From the NCBI GenBank assembly GCA_902599655.1, contig CACKGC010000004.1:1357-65356 (forward strand): 64,000 bases of DNA, written 5' to 3'. The DNA is from an uncultured Fidelibacterota bacterium (GTDB lineage Bacteria; Fidelibacterota; Marinisomatia; Marinisomatales; Marinisomataceae). The position numbers were made by a program, and so were the translations under genes. Every line of letters begins with the position of its first letter. The stretch's first letter is position 1. A model generated the notes under the pieces. The model saw only the letters and a list, made by a program, of their open reading frames with translations, did not search any database and was not told where the DNA came from. Below are positions 22,201 through 30,693 of this stretch, one piece after another.

Positions 22201-22691
22201 TATTCTTCGGCAACCTGTTTTCCTGCTTCAAGACCATTATAAATTAATGTTTCTGGTAAAATTCCCTTTAAACATGCAGAAAGACATATAATGCCTTCGT
22301 TATATTTTTTTAAAATCTCAGTATCTACTCTTGGCTTATAATAAAATCCTTCTAAATAACCGTGTGTTACAATCTTCATTAGATTTTTATAGCCCTGATA
22401 GTTTTGTGCAATTAGAACTAGGTGGTTATATTGTCCCATACCGCTAGATCTATCTTTTTGAAAACGACTTCCTTTGGCTACATATACTTCACAACCAATA
22501 ATTGGCTTAATATTTTTATCTTTAGCTTTTTTATAAAATGAAACGGCACCAAATAAATTTCCATGCTCAGTTAAAGCAACAGAGTCCATTCCAAGATCCG
22601 TAATGGTTTCAAGAACAGAAGGAATGTTTTGAGCGCCATCAAGCAAGCTGTTGTCAGAGTGATTATGTAAATGGATAAATTCGCTTTTCAT
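19269..22691 (-). CDS. dnaE: DNA polymerase III alpha subunit
   Basis: 1140 aa. N-terminal PHP domain (FIHLHNHSDNSLLDGA), polymerase core (PDIDIDF) and a C-terminal OB fold. Confidence 0.97.
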   Translation of the reverse strand: MKSEFIHLHNHSDNSLLDGAQNIPSVLETITDLGMDSVALTEHGNLFGAVSFYKKAKDKNIKPIIGCEVYVAKGSRFQKDRSSGMGQYNHLVLIAQNYQGYKNLMKIVTHGYLEGFYYKPRVDTEILKKYNEGIICLSACLKGILPETLIYNGLEAGKQVAEEYSSIFPGRYYIELQNHGIPEELQNIQLATKLAKEMNLPIVATNDAHYAKKEHYKAHDVHICIGTGKHLSDKNRLKYPGHEFYFKSQDEMFSLFKQFPEALENTRALTDSVDLQIPMEDYHLPWYSIPGDKKSKDIDEYLKTLCSTGLKDKYEDINGEINKRLDYELSVIKKMGFASYFLITADFVEYAKKNKIPVGPGRGSAPGSIVSYALGITNIDPLKHNLIFERFLNPDRISMPDIDIDFCVERRGQVIDYLKSIYGEDSVTQIITFGKMNARAVIRDVGRVMSYSYSEVDKIAKMIPEGPKVTLDQALKQNSDLRTVSQTNYKELIDNAKVLEGMTRHASIHAAGVVVAPGDLTDFVPLYRSSQGDVTTQYDMKELESIGLLKMDFLGLRNLTVIDKTIDLIKKRFNEDIDIDKIDMEDPKVYKLFAKGLTVGIFQFESAGMREFLKKLQPKSIDGLIAMNALYRPGPMQNIDRYIKRAHGKEKVEYVHPLLEEALKETYGIIVYQEQVMQIANIIAGFTLSEADEMRRAIGKKIRSLMDKMADKFVKGAVKNGLSKAKAKQIFELIDKFAQYGFNKSHSVAYSYIAYQTGWLKTHYTAEFMSANLTSEMNNTNKVVVLINECRKLNIKVHAPDINKSGINFEPLNDKEISFGLNAVKNVGVKALEQCIEVRIKHGEFKSIFDFISKVDQRLVNKKVLESLILAGAFDSLNKNRAQLFEAVDLAINYGNQVDKQSNKNQINLFGDQEELIKVPDLPIIEDWENQEKLSKEKEVLGIYVSGNPLIKYADTIEELSNYDFSEERILKENSVVKIGGAITNFKLHFDKKNQQMAFFNLDCLGGQAEAIIFHDAFDKYKEIIKDNNIVFLVGHTSTQNDFADLKLIVDEVVPINHAKKVLKLNEVNIRLPKNSSKDLMNDIVELANQNKGDHSFVVHIPGENGQERKIISKKIKVSNNNQFLILLRDLLGESNVWID

Positions 22692-22697
22692 ACACCC

Positions 22698-23537
22698 TTA
22701 ATATATCTTAATTACTCTATTTTTTCCTTCTAAATCTTTGTAAAAAAGGGATTTATTAGCATTGAAATTTTTATTAATTGAAATAATATCATCGGTAACA
22801 GTTGAAAAGGGAATTTCTAATAACATGATACCATTTTTTTTAACAAGCTTATTAAAATTTGATATTAAGTACTTATAAAATGACGTACCGTTCTTGAAAT
22901 CCGTAAGTGCACTTAATGGGTCATAGTCTCGCACTGATTGCTCTAGACTGTCTATCTCATGTTTTGCTAAATAGGGGGGATTGCACAATAATAAATCAGC
23001 TTTTGATTTATTATACTCAAAAATATCTTGATTGAAAAATTGTACATTTTTTAAACCTAGTGATTTCCTATTTTTTTCGGCTGTTTTGATAGCAAGTTCG
23101 GATTTATCTAAACCTATGTATTCATGATTTGGAAATTTCTTTGCAATGCTCAATAAAATACATCCGCTGCCTGTACAAAAATCAATAATTTTCAAACTAT
23201 CTTTGCTTTTAGATAAAAATTCAACTGCACAATCTACTAATAGTTCGGTTTCAGGTCGGGGTATGAAAACTCCAGGTGGAGTTAAAAACTTATCATTATA
23301 AAAAAAAGTTTCACCGGTAATATATTGAACTGGTTTATTCTGGAAAAGCTGAGCAAACATACTATCTAGATGTGTTATATCTTTCGCAGATAATGGTATA
23401 TCCTTAATATGTAAATCAGCTTTTGATATTTTGAAATAATTCTGGACGAGAATGTTACTCTTTGCTTGAATCTCTTGAACGTTTGTGCCCTCTAATTTTA
23501 AAATCTGCGATTTTAAGTATTCTTTTAAAAGGGTCAT
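22698..23537 (-). CDS. prmC: Peptide chain release factor N5-glutamine methyltransferase
   Basis: 279 aa. SAM-binding DFCTGSGCI and catalytic NPPY (LLCNPPYL). Lies immediately downstream of prfA. Confidence 0.88.
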   Translation of the reverse strand: MTLLKEYLKSQILKLEGTNVQEIQAKSNILVQNYFKISKADLHIKDIPLSAKDITHLDSMFAQLFQNKPVQYITGETFFYNDKFLTPPGVFIPRPETELLVDCAVEFLSKSKDSLKIIDFCTGSGCILLSIAKKFPNHEYIGLDKSELAIKTAEKNRKSLGLKNVQFFNQDIFEYNKSKADLLLCNPPYLAKHEIDSLEQSVRDYDPLSALTDFKNGTSFYKYLISNFNKLVKKNGIMLLEIPFSTVTDDIISINKNFNANKSLFYKDLEGKNRVIKIY

Positions 23538-23546
23538 ATTATCGTT

Positions 23547-24602
23547 TTATTCTATTTTAGCGCTATCTTCAGCAAGTTTTAACTGCTCAATTAAATGATC
23601 TAACTCGCCTTCAAGCGTAACTTGCAGCTTGTGTGTTGTATAGTTGATTCGATGGTCTGTAATTCTTCCCTGTGGGAAATTATAAGTTCTAATTTTGGCA
23701 GAACGATCACCAGTAGAAACAAGGCTTTTTCTCATTTCATCTCTATCTTTATTTAATTTTTCCTGCTCTAATGCAAAGAGTCTAGATCTCAAAACTTTCA
23801 TAGCTGAAGCTTTATTTTTATGTTGAGAACTTTCGTCCTGACAAGTGACAACTAGCCCTGTTGGTATATGAGTTAATCTAATTGCAGATTCTGTCTTATT
23901 AACATGCTGTCCACCAGCTCCGCTAGCTCTATATGTATCAATTTTTATGTCAGAATCATTTATCTCAACTTCGGCGGTTTCAGCTTCTGGCAAAACAGCT
24001 ACAGTTGCAGCTGAGGTATGAACTCTTCCCCCTGATTCAGTTTTGGGAATTCGTTGAACCCTGTGCACACCGCCTTCATATTTGTATACACCATATGCTT
24101 TTGGACCTTCGATACTAAAAGTTGCCGATTTTAATCCACCAACTCCAGTTTCATGTATATCCATAATTTTTACTTTCAAATTATTGTTTTCTGCATACCT
24201 AGAGTACATTCTCATTAAATCTGAAGCAAACAATCCTGCTTCATCACCTCCAGTACCCGCTCTAATTTCAATAATTGCATTTTTATTGTCATTAGGGTCA
24301 TCTGAAATTAAAATTTTCTTTAATTGTTCTTCTACAGATACAAGATTGTTGTTTACTTCAATAGATTCTTCCTTTGCTAATTCTTCATATTCTTTATCAT
24401 TCTTCATTTCATCCAATTCAGCTAGCTGATTTTTTAAATCTATATATTGTTTACAAAGTTGATATGATTCATCAAGTGCACTTTTTTGTCTTGATAATGA
24501 AGTCATTTTTTCTTGATTGAGCATAATATCGCTATCCATCATTTGCTGCATGATCTGATCATATTCTGAAACGATGCTATTAGCCTTTGATAAAATATCC
24601 AT
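23547..24602 (-). CDS. prfA: Peptide chain release factor 1
   Basis: 351 aa. GGQ motif (SGAGGQHVNKTESA) and an RF1-type PxT tripeptide region (RIPKTESGGRVHTS). Confidence 0.95.
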   Translation of the reverse strand: MDILSKANSIVSEYDQIMQQMMDSDIMLNQEKMTSLSRQKSALDESYQLCKQYIDLKNQLAELDEMKNDKEYEELAKEESIEVNNNLVSVEEQLKKILISDDPNDNKNAIIEIRAGTGGDEAGLFASDLMRMYSRYAENNNLKVKIMDIHETGVGGLKSATFSIEGPKAYGVYKYEGGVHRVQRIPKTESGGRVHTSAATVAVLPEAETAEVEINDSDIKIDTYRASGAGGQHVNKTESAIRLTHIPTGLVVTCQDESSQHKNKASAMKVLRSRLFALEQEKLNKDRDEMRKSLVSTGDRSAKIRTYNFPQGRITDHRINYTTHKLQVTLEGELDHLIEQLKLAEDSAKIE

Positions 24603-24632
24603 TAGTTAAATAAATTATTAAAAAAAGAGTCT

Positions 24633-24887
24633 TTAAGAATCTTTTTTATTGTATTTGCGGTTGAATTTTTCAATTCTTCCAGCAGTATCAACAAGGGTTC
24701 TCTGGCCGGTATAGTATGGATGTGATTTGTCTGAAATATCCAATTTGAACAAGGGATATTCATTACCATCTTCCCATTTGACAGTTTTATCAGTTTTGAC
24801 AGTAGATCGAGTAAGAAAGGAATAATTGCAAGAACTATCCTCAAAAACTACCAATCTATAATCTTTTGAATGTGTATCTTTTTTCAT
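24633..24887 (-). CDS. rpmE: 50S ribosomal protein L31, type B (no zinc ribbon)
   Basis: 84 aa. [17 protein letters not shown]....[27 protein letters not shown] matches L31. The CxxC pair of type A is absent. Confidence 0.85.
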   Translation of the reverse strand: MKKDTHSKDYRLVVFEDSSCNYSFLTRSTVKTDKTVKWEDGNEYPLFKLDISDKSHPYYTGQRTLVDTAGRIEKFNRKYNKKDS

Positions 24888-26080
24888 TTAAGCTTTTTTA
24901 AACTATTTTTTATTCTTTGTATGCCATTTAATATTGTTTCTGTGTTCGTAGCAAATGAAAACCTTAAGTATCCGCCTGCTCCAAAACCATCACCAGCTAC
25001 AGTAACAACTTTAGCATCGGCGAGAATATAATCAGAAAGGTCGAAAGTGTCTTGTAAAATTTTTCCACCCTCTTTTTTTTTATTTAAGTAATATGAGAAG
25101 TCAGGAAACATATAAAAGGCTCCTCCAGGCATATCGCAATGTACATTATCAATTCCGTTCAGCTCATTATACATAACTGTTCTACGATGTCTAAATTTTT
25201 CTTTCATTTGTTTTACAGGTTCTTGATCACCCAACAAAGCAGCTACTGATGCTTTTTGACCAATAGCATTTGGGCATGAAGTGGTTTGCCCTTGAATTTT
25301 TGACATTGCTTTGACAATTTCCTCGTTTGCTGTTGTATATCCAATTCGCCATCCTGTCATAGCATATGTTTTTGACATACTTCTAATTGTTACAATTTCA
25401 CAACCAAAACTATCTAAAGTTTCGATAGCTTTAAATTCATTATCATAAACCAACTCTTCATACGTTTCATCTGATATAACAATCCAATCTTTTTCTTTGC
25501 TTAATTTTAGCAGTTTAGATATTGCATCATCAGACCAAACGCCACCAGTGGGATTGCTTGGTGAATTAATTATAACTCCTTTAACTGAATCGTCAATTTT
25601 GGAAATCAAATCATCAAAATCTGGTTCAAATTGCTTATCTGAGATTGTATTTACAAGCAAAGGTTCTGCACCAGCTATTCGTACAAACTCTGGAAATGAA
25701 ACCCAATAAGGTGAAAAAACTACAACTTTATCGCCTTTATCAAACAGCGCTTGACAAACAACTGATAATGATTGTTTTCCGCCATTTGAAACAATAATAT
25801 TTTCAGGATCGTAGTTTATACCTGTTAAGTTTTTAAGCTTTGTTTGAATTGCTTCTTTTAACTCTAACATTCCTGATCCTGGCGTATATTTTGTGTAACC
25901 ATCCACCATAGCTTGTTTTCCAGCCTCTATGATGTGCTGAGGCGTATTAAAATCAGGCTCTCCAACGCCAAAATTAATTACATCCTCTCCTTGAGATCTG
26001 AGCTCTGCAGCTCTGGCAGTCATTTGGAGAGTAAAAGAAGGTTTGATTTTCTTTACTAAACTAGAAAATTCTTTTGACAT
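24884..26080 (-). CDS. Aspartate/aromatic aminotransferase (PLP fold type I)
   Basis: 398 aa. PLP-lysine motif [15 protein letters not shown] and NPSNPTG ([10 protein letters not shown]). Confidence 0.88.
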   Translation of the reverse strand: MSKEFSSLVKKIKPSFTLQMTARAAELRSQGEDVINFGVGEPDFNTPQHIIEAGKQAMVDGYTKYTPGSGMLELKEAIQTKLKNLTGINYDPENIIVSNGGKQSLSVVCQALFDKGDKVVVFSPYWVSFPEFVRIAGAEPLLVNTISDKQFEPDFDDLISKIDDSVKGVIINSPSNPTGGVWSDDAISKLLKLSKEKDWIVISDETYEELVYDNEFKAIETLDSFGCEIVTIRSMSKTYAMTGWRIGYTTANEEIVKAMSKIQGQTTSCPNAIGQKASVAALLGDQEPVKQMKEKFRHRRTVMYNELNGIDNVHCDMPGGAFYMFPDFSYYLNKKKEGGKILQDTFDLSDYILADAKVVTVAGDGFGAGGYLRFSFATNTETILNGIQRIKNSLKKLK

Positions 26081-26081
26081 T

Positions 26082-27368
26082 TTACTGGCTCATTAAATCT
26101 AAGAATTCTTGATTTGTTTTGGTCCTACGCATTCTGTCCGTCATAAACTGCATAGCCTGCTCTGTAGACATTTCTCCTAACATTTTTCTCAATATCCACA
26201 TCCTTGATAAATGTTGATCTGACAATAAAAGCTCCTCTTTACGAGTACCTGACTTTACGATATTAAATGCAGGATAAATACGTCTATCACTCAATTCTCG
26301 ATCTAGAACCAATTCCATATTACCTGTTCCTTTAAATTCTTCGAAAATCACTCCATCCATTTTACTTCCGGTATCAATTAAAGCAGTAGCAATAATAGAC
26401 AAACTTCCGCCTTCCTCTGTATTTCTAGCTGCTCCAAAGAATTTTTTTGGTTTTCTTAGCGCATTTGAATCAACACCTCCAGATAATATTTTACCACTAT
26501 GTGGGATTACGGCATTGTGTGCACGTCCTAACCTGGTAATACTATCTAACAGAATAACAACATCCTTACCACATTCAACTAATCTCTGTGCTTTAGCAAG
26601 GGCCATATCAGATACTTGCACATGTCTTTCTGGTCCTTCATCAAATGTGGATGCAATAACTTCTGCATCAACACTTCTTTTCATATCTGTAACTTCCTCA
26701 GGCCTTTCATCAATCAGAAGAATGATAAGGACAGTATTAGGGTGATTTCTTCTAATTGCATTTGCAATCTTTGAAATTAAAATAGTTTTACCGGTTTTAG
26801 GCTGAGCTACAATTAAGCCACGTTGACCTTTACCAATTGGAGCTACCATATCCATTATTCTCATTGACATATCGCTTGTATTGGAAAGATTAAATTTTTC
26901 ATTGGGATGGAGTGGAGTAAACTTATCAAACTTTCTTTGATCTTTAATTTTCTCCGGATTCACATCGTTGACTTTTGTTAATTGTAAAAGTGCGTGAAAT
27001 CTTTCTTTAGATTTAGGAGCTCGAGTAGTTCCTTCTACAAAATGACCTGTTTTTAACTTAAATCTCTTAATTTGTGATGGGCTAACATAAATATCCTCAG
27101 GCCCTGGTAAATAATTATCATTTACACTTCTTAAAAATCCGTATCCATCAGGTAAAATTTCTAAAACTCCGGCTGCCATTTTATCGCTTTTGTTGTTGTC
27201 GTTATTAGCAGAAGGTTTATTTGCCTCTTGTTTCTCTGAAGTGTCTGTAGCAGAAATGGCTTTAATAAGATCATCTTTAGACATATATGATGATTTTTCA
27301 ATTTCCATTTGCTTTGCTATTTCTTTTAATTCGGTTAGTTTTTTGTCTTTTAAATCAGTTAGTTTCAT
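26082..27368 (-). CDS. rho: Transcription termination factor Rho
   Basis: 428 aa. N-terminal Rho_N plus cold-shock-like RNA-binding domain ([14 protein letters not shown]) and Walker A AQPKTGKT. Confidence 0.96.
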   Translation of the reverse strand: MKLTDLKDKKLTELKEIAKQMEIEKSSYMSKDDLIKAISATDTSEKQEANKPSANNDNNKSDKMAAGVLEILPDGYGFLRSVNDNYLPGPEDIYVSPSQIKRFKLKTGHFVEGTTRAPKSKERFHALLQLTKVNDVNPEKIKDQRKFDKFTPLHPNEKFNLSNTSDMSMRIMDMVAPIGKGQRGLIVAQPKTGKTILISKIANAIRRNHPNTVLIILLIDERPEEVTDMKRSVDAEVIASTFDEGPERHVQVSDMALAKAQRLVECGKDVVILLDSITRLGRAHNAVIPHSGKILSGGVDSNALRKPKKFFGAARNTEEGGSLSIIATALIDTGSKMDGVIFEEFKGTGNMELVLDRELSDRRIYPAFNIVKSGTRKEELLLSDQHLSRMWILRKMLGEMSTEQAMQFMTDRMRRTKTNQEFLDLMSQ

Positions 27369-27426
27369 AATTCCTCGATTGTTGTGAAAATTCTTAGGGG
27401 AGAGTCACCTTGAAATACAAATTACA

Positions 27427-28674
27427 CTATATATTACCTTTGTCAAAGGAAAAATCAAAAAATTTATAGACGTATTTTGCAATATAATGGCTTCCAAATA
27501 TAACTTTTGGTCCATCAAATTTTTTATTTTTTAATAATTCTAAAGCATCATTTAGGTTTTCTATAAATTGGTAATTACTTAAGCTTTTTGTCGATTTGAT
27601 ATCATTTTTTGACAGAATGTCTTTTGAAGGAATAGTTGATATGATTAGCTCTTTGAAAGCATTTTCGAACAAACTAATAATTTCAGGTCTTATTTTGTCA
27701 TTTTTCATTACGACCAACCCCATTGGTTTTTGATTGTATATATCAAATAAATCTGAGGTTAGGATATTTACTCCTGAACTATTGTGAGCTACATCATAAA
27801 ATATATTTTTTCCCATTTGTTGCATTCTACCTGGCCAGAACCATTGATTTAACCCATCTTGAATTTGAATATCGGTAATATTTTTAAATTCATTTTTTAT
27901 TGTTTCGATAGCTAGCACTACATTTTCTGCCTGAAATGATCCCGCTTGAGGTAAGATGTAACTTGAATCATTATAATTGAGACAAAGTTTGTTTGTTTTA
28001 TGTTCAACTATATTAATCAGAGCTTTATTAATATAATTTGTTTTGGTGTTTTGTTTCGTTGAAAATTTATCTATGACTTCAGCTATATTTCTTTTGGTGT
28101 TAATTGTTGTATTAGGAATAGAATTTTTTATAATACCACATTTTTCTGCAGTTATTTCTTCAACGGTCTCACCCAAAAGGTGGGTGTGATCAAAGTCAAT
28201 TTCAGTAATGATAGTATGAATAGGTGATAAAACATTTGTAGAATCTAATCTTCCTCCGAGCCCGGTTTCTACTATTGCAATATCAATCTTGTTTTTTCTA
28301 AAATAGTCAAATGCCATTGCAGTGGTAGCTTCGAAGAATGTAATTGAGTGTTTTTCAAAAAAATCCCTGTATGTTTTTGTAAAATTTACTATATCGCTAT
28401 CGTCAATTGGTACTCCGTTAATTCTGATTCTTTCATTAAAATTAATTAGATGAGGCGATGTGTAAAGCCCAACCTTTTGTCCTGCATTTTGTAAAATTTT
28501 TGCAATTATAGAGGCTGTTGATCCTTTACCGTTAGTTCCAGCTAAATGAATCGATTTAAATTCATCATGGGGGTTATTGCATTCATGAAGCATTTTATTA
28601 ATATTTTCTAAACCTAACTTTATTCCTCTATTATGCAATTGGTATAAATATTTTAATGTAGAATCAATCATCAT
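27427..28674 (-). CDS. folC: Folylpolyglutamate synthase / dihydrofolate synthase
   Basis: 415 aa. Mur ligase P-loop HLAGTNGKGST and the ETGLGGRLDSTN motif. Confidence 0.88.
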   Translation of the reverse strand: MMIDSTLKYLYQLHNRGIKLGLENINKMLHECNNPHDEFKSIHLAGTNGKGSTASIIAKILQNAGQKVGLYTSPHLINFNERIRINGVPIDDSDIVNFTKTYRDFFEKHSITFFEATTAMAFDYFRKNKIDIAIVETGLGGRLDSTNVLSPIHTIITEIDFDHTHLLGETVEEITAEKCGIIKNSIPNTTINTKRNIAEVIDKFSTKQNTKTNYINKALINIVEHKTNKLCLNYNDSSYILPQAGSFQAENVVLAIETIKNEFKNITDIQIQDGLNQWFWPGRMQQMGKNIFYDVAHNSSGVNILTSDLFDIYNQKPMGLVVMKNDKIRPEIISLFENAFKELIISTIPSKDILSKNDIKSTKSLSNYQFIENLNDALELLKNKKFDGPKVIFGSHYIAKYVYKFFDFSFDKGNI

Positions 28675-29829
28675 TTATAAAGTTTTTTGGTACTCTTCAA
28701 CAGCTCGATAAATTGCTGTCGCCAACTGATCTCGATATTGAGGACTTCGCAATTTTTTTTCTTCCGATGGATTAGAAATAAATCCTAGCTCTACTAAAAC
28801 ATTTGGCATTGATGCCCCCATAAGTACATAAAACCCGGCCTGTTTAACACCTCTATCCCGACTTTGCACTCTTTTTTTAATTTCTTTCTGTACCATGGAT
28901 GCAAACTGTTCGCTTTTAGATGCAAAGGCACTTTGCGCGATTGTTGCTTGAATCAAATCTTCATTTGTTAATTTTTTACCAGTTGTTCCCTCAAGTTCTA
29001 GCACTGCGTTTTCCCTAGCAGCAACTCTTACTGCCGCTTCGTTTTTATTTGGACCAATTAAAAAGGTTTCAAATCCACTTGCCCTTCTGTCTTCTGCAGC
29101 GTTTGTATGAATACTTATAAATAAATTGCCGTTACTTTCGTTTGCAATTTTAGTTCTCTCGCTTAATCTCAAAAACACATCTTCATCTCTAGTCATGATT
29201 ATTTTAACGTTCATATTTTTAGATAATTTTTTTTCCAACCTCTTAGCAACATCCAATGCGATATCTTTTTCTTTGGTACCTCTATATCCTACCGCACCAG
29301 GATCTTTACCTCCATGACCAGCATCAATAACAATGGTTTTAAATTCCCATTTTTCCTTTTCGCTGCGAAGATCTAAATTTTTTGTAATTATTTTTTTATC
29401 TTGAGAAATAGATGTAAATCTAATTTCATTGTTTGTGTATTTTATTGACGAAGAATTAGACAAATTTTGAATGATTCTAAAGAATGATTCAGTAGGCAGA
29501 TAATAAATACCGTTTTCATTTATTACTTCTGAAGAAAGCTGAAAAAGGGTGTCTTCAATTTCAATAAATGTAATTTGGTTGCTAATTTTTATTTTTTTGT
29601 CACCTACATAAAAAACAGCTTTTTGTGTTTTATTGTTTATAAACTTTTTTGAATTAGTTATTTGAATGAAATCGTTTACAGAAAAAAGCTTTTTATTTTG
29701 AATGGTATTTATCTCGCCAATAAGTAAATCATTATCAAAAACCTTTATCTTGGATTCGGTTTTTGCACATAAATGTGAGAATAAAAAAATAGTCAAAAAA
29801 AGCTGGAAGCATGTTCTCAATAATTTCAC
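28675..29829 (-). CDS. N-acetylmuramoyl-L-alanine amidase (Amidase_3), secreted
   Basis: Signal peptide, then catalytic domain VIDAGHGGKDPGAVG...SIHTNA...GFYVL. Confidence 0.88.
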   Translation of the reverse strand: MKLLRTCFQLFLTIFLFSHLCAKTESKIKVFDNDLLIGEINTIQNKKLFSVNDFIQITNSKKFINNKTQKAVFYVGDKKIKISNQITFIEIEDTLFQLSSEVINENGIYYLPTESFFRIIQNLSNSSSIKYTNNEIRFTSISQDKKIITKNLDLRSEKEKWEFKTIVIDAGHGGKDPGAVGYRGTKEKDIALDVAKRLEKKLSKNMNVKIIMTRDEDVFLRLSERTKIANESNGNLFISIHTNAAEDRRASGFETFLIGPNKNEAAVRVAARENAVLELEGTTGKKLTNEDLIQATIAQSAFASKSEQFASMVQKEIKKRVQSRDRGVKQAGFYVLMGASMPNVLVELGFISNPSEEKKLRSPQYRDQLATAIYRAVEEYQKTL

Positions 29830-29855
29830 TATTTAAATTATTATAAAAATAATAC

Positions 29856-29883
29856 AAAAGGGCTCAAAATTTGAGCCCTTTTT
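29856..29883 (-). terminator. Strong hairpin terminator downstream of the small-membrane-protein gene pair
   Basis: AAAAGGGCTCA-loop-TGAGCCCTTTT with A and T runs on both sides. Lies between the stop at 29912 and the amidase start at 29829. Confidence 0.7.
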
Positions 29884-29911
29884 ATATCAATCAATATGGT
29901 AGAAAATAAAA

Positions 29912-30124
29912 TTATTTTTTCATCCACATTGCAACAATCATAACTGCTACTAAACCGGCAACTCCGCCATCTCCAATTGCGCTTACTGCATTACCAATGC
30001 CCGCAATAACACCAAAGACGTCATCATAAAGTATACCAATAATAGTACCAGCAACAATCAAGTTCATTAATAGGCCTGTTGTCATGCCTAAAAAATCATT
30101 GATTTGTTTAATCACATTTTTCAT
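29912..30124 (-). CDS. Small two-helix glycine-zipper membrane protein, paralogue 2 of a tandem pair; function unknown
   Basis: 70 aa with several GxxxG motifs (GMTTG, GTIIG, GVIAG, GGVAG). SD GGAG sits 8 nt before the ATG. Similar to the upstream 68-aa protein (AG.I.GIL[YF]D...G.I.G). Confidence 0.65.
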   Translation of the reverse strand: MKNVIKQINDFLGMTTGLLMNLIVAGTIIGILYDDVFGVIAGIGNAVSAIGDGGVAGLVAVMIVAMWMKK

Positions 30125-30146
30125 TGTGTTTTCTCCTTCGAGCTTT

Positions 30147-30173
30147 TAGAGCTCCTCTTATTGAGGAGCTCTA
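30147..30173 (-). promoter_or_regulatory. Perfect 11-bp intercistronic stem-loop between the two small membrane protein genes
   Basis: TAGAGCTCCTC-TTATT-GAGGAGCTCTA. No T-run follows on the minus strand, so it is more likely an mRNA processing or stability element than a full terminator. Confidence 0.45.
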
Positions 30174-30194
30174 TTTATTAGTAAATACTGATCT

Positions 30195-30401
30195 TTATAA
30201 TAGTGATAAAAATACTACCAGAACTAGAAGTCCTGTTAGTCCACCATTAAGAAAAGTATCTACAAAACCCATTATACCACCTAGTGCATCAACTGGTGTG
30301 TCGAAAAGTATGCCTGCAAAAACAAAAAAGATAATTGCAGCCTTAACTACACCTGTTAGACCATTTAAAGCACCATTTAACATTGAATCCCATGAAGCCA
30401 T
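30195..30401 (-). CDS. Small two-helix glycine-zipper membrane protein, paralogue 1 of a tandem pair; function unknown
   Basis: 68 aa with GxxxG motifs (GALNG, GGIMG, GGLTG). Strong SD AAGGAGGA sits 6-7 nt upstream of the ATG. Confidence 0.65.
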   Translation of the reverse strand: MASWDSMLNGALNGLTGVVKAAIIFFVFAGILFDTPVDALGGIMGFVDTFLNGGLTGLLVLVVFLSLL

Positions 30402-30433
30402 GTTATTCCTCCTTGATTAGTTAATAACTAGTT

Positions 30434-30475
30434 AAAAAAAAGGCAAAAACCCTATAAACTTATAGTTTTTTTGCC
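30434..30475 (-). terminator. Terminator-like hairpin plus T8 inside the 5' leader of the small-protein operon (candidate attenuator)
   Basis: Minus strand reads GGCAAAAAAACTATAAGTTTATAGGGTTTTTGCC followed by TTTTTTTT. It ends about 30 nt before the SD of the 30401 gene. Confidence 0.45.
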
Positions 30476-30542
30476 CCCATCATTAATCATGTCAATATGA
30501 TTAAATTCTCTAAAAAGTTGCCAAAAATTCATCTTATTTATA

Positions 30543-30571
30543 ATTATAGTCTCTTTTTTTGGGGTAATCAA
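30543..30571 (-). promoter_or_regulatory. Candidate sigma70-type promoter for the small-protein operon
   Basis: Minus strand reads TTGATT-N17-TATAAT (-35 at 30571..30566, -10 at 30548..30543). Confidence 0.4.
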
Positions 30572-30693
30572 CCTTTTTTGAGCATTATCTGTTAAATAAA
30601 TAATGTGCAATTTCTGTTCATTTTGTTGATTTATGCATGAATAATGTTGAATTCTGTTATTTCATATGAAAATTATAGACATTAACTTTTTTC

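Noticed and set aside
24602-24844. An 80-aa ORF overlapping rpmE in another frame
   Set aside because: The overlapping 84-aa frame is a clear L31 homologue. This frame has no recognisable features.
29912-30401. Reading the two small glycine-rich proteins as a two-peptide or circular bacteriocin, or as VirB2/TrbC-type pilins
   Set aside because: There is no double-glycine leader, no dedicated ABC exporter/peptidase, no immunity gene, and no T4SS gene nearby. The resemblance is limited to GxxxG-rich hydrophobic helices. They are kept only as unknown-function membrane proteins.
30452-30532. A 26-codon leader ORF (MNFWQLFREFNHIDMINDGGKKTISL) ending inside the leader hairpin
   Set aside because: It has no Shine-Dalgarno, and the ATG would sit only about 4 nt from the predicted transcription start. 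It is too speculative to call as a leader peptide, so it is mentioned only under the attenuator finding.
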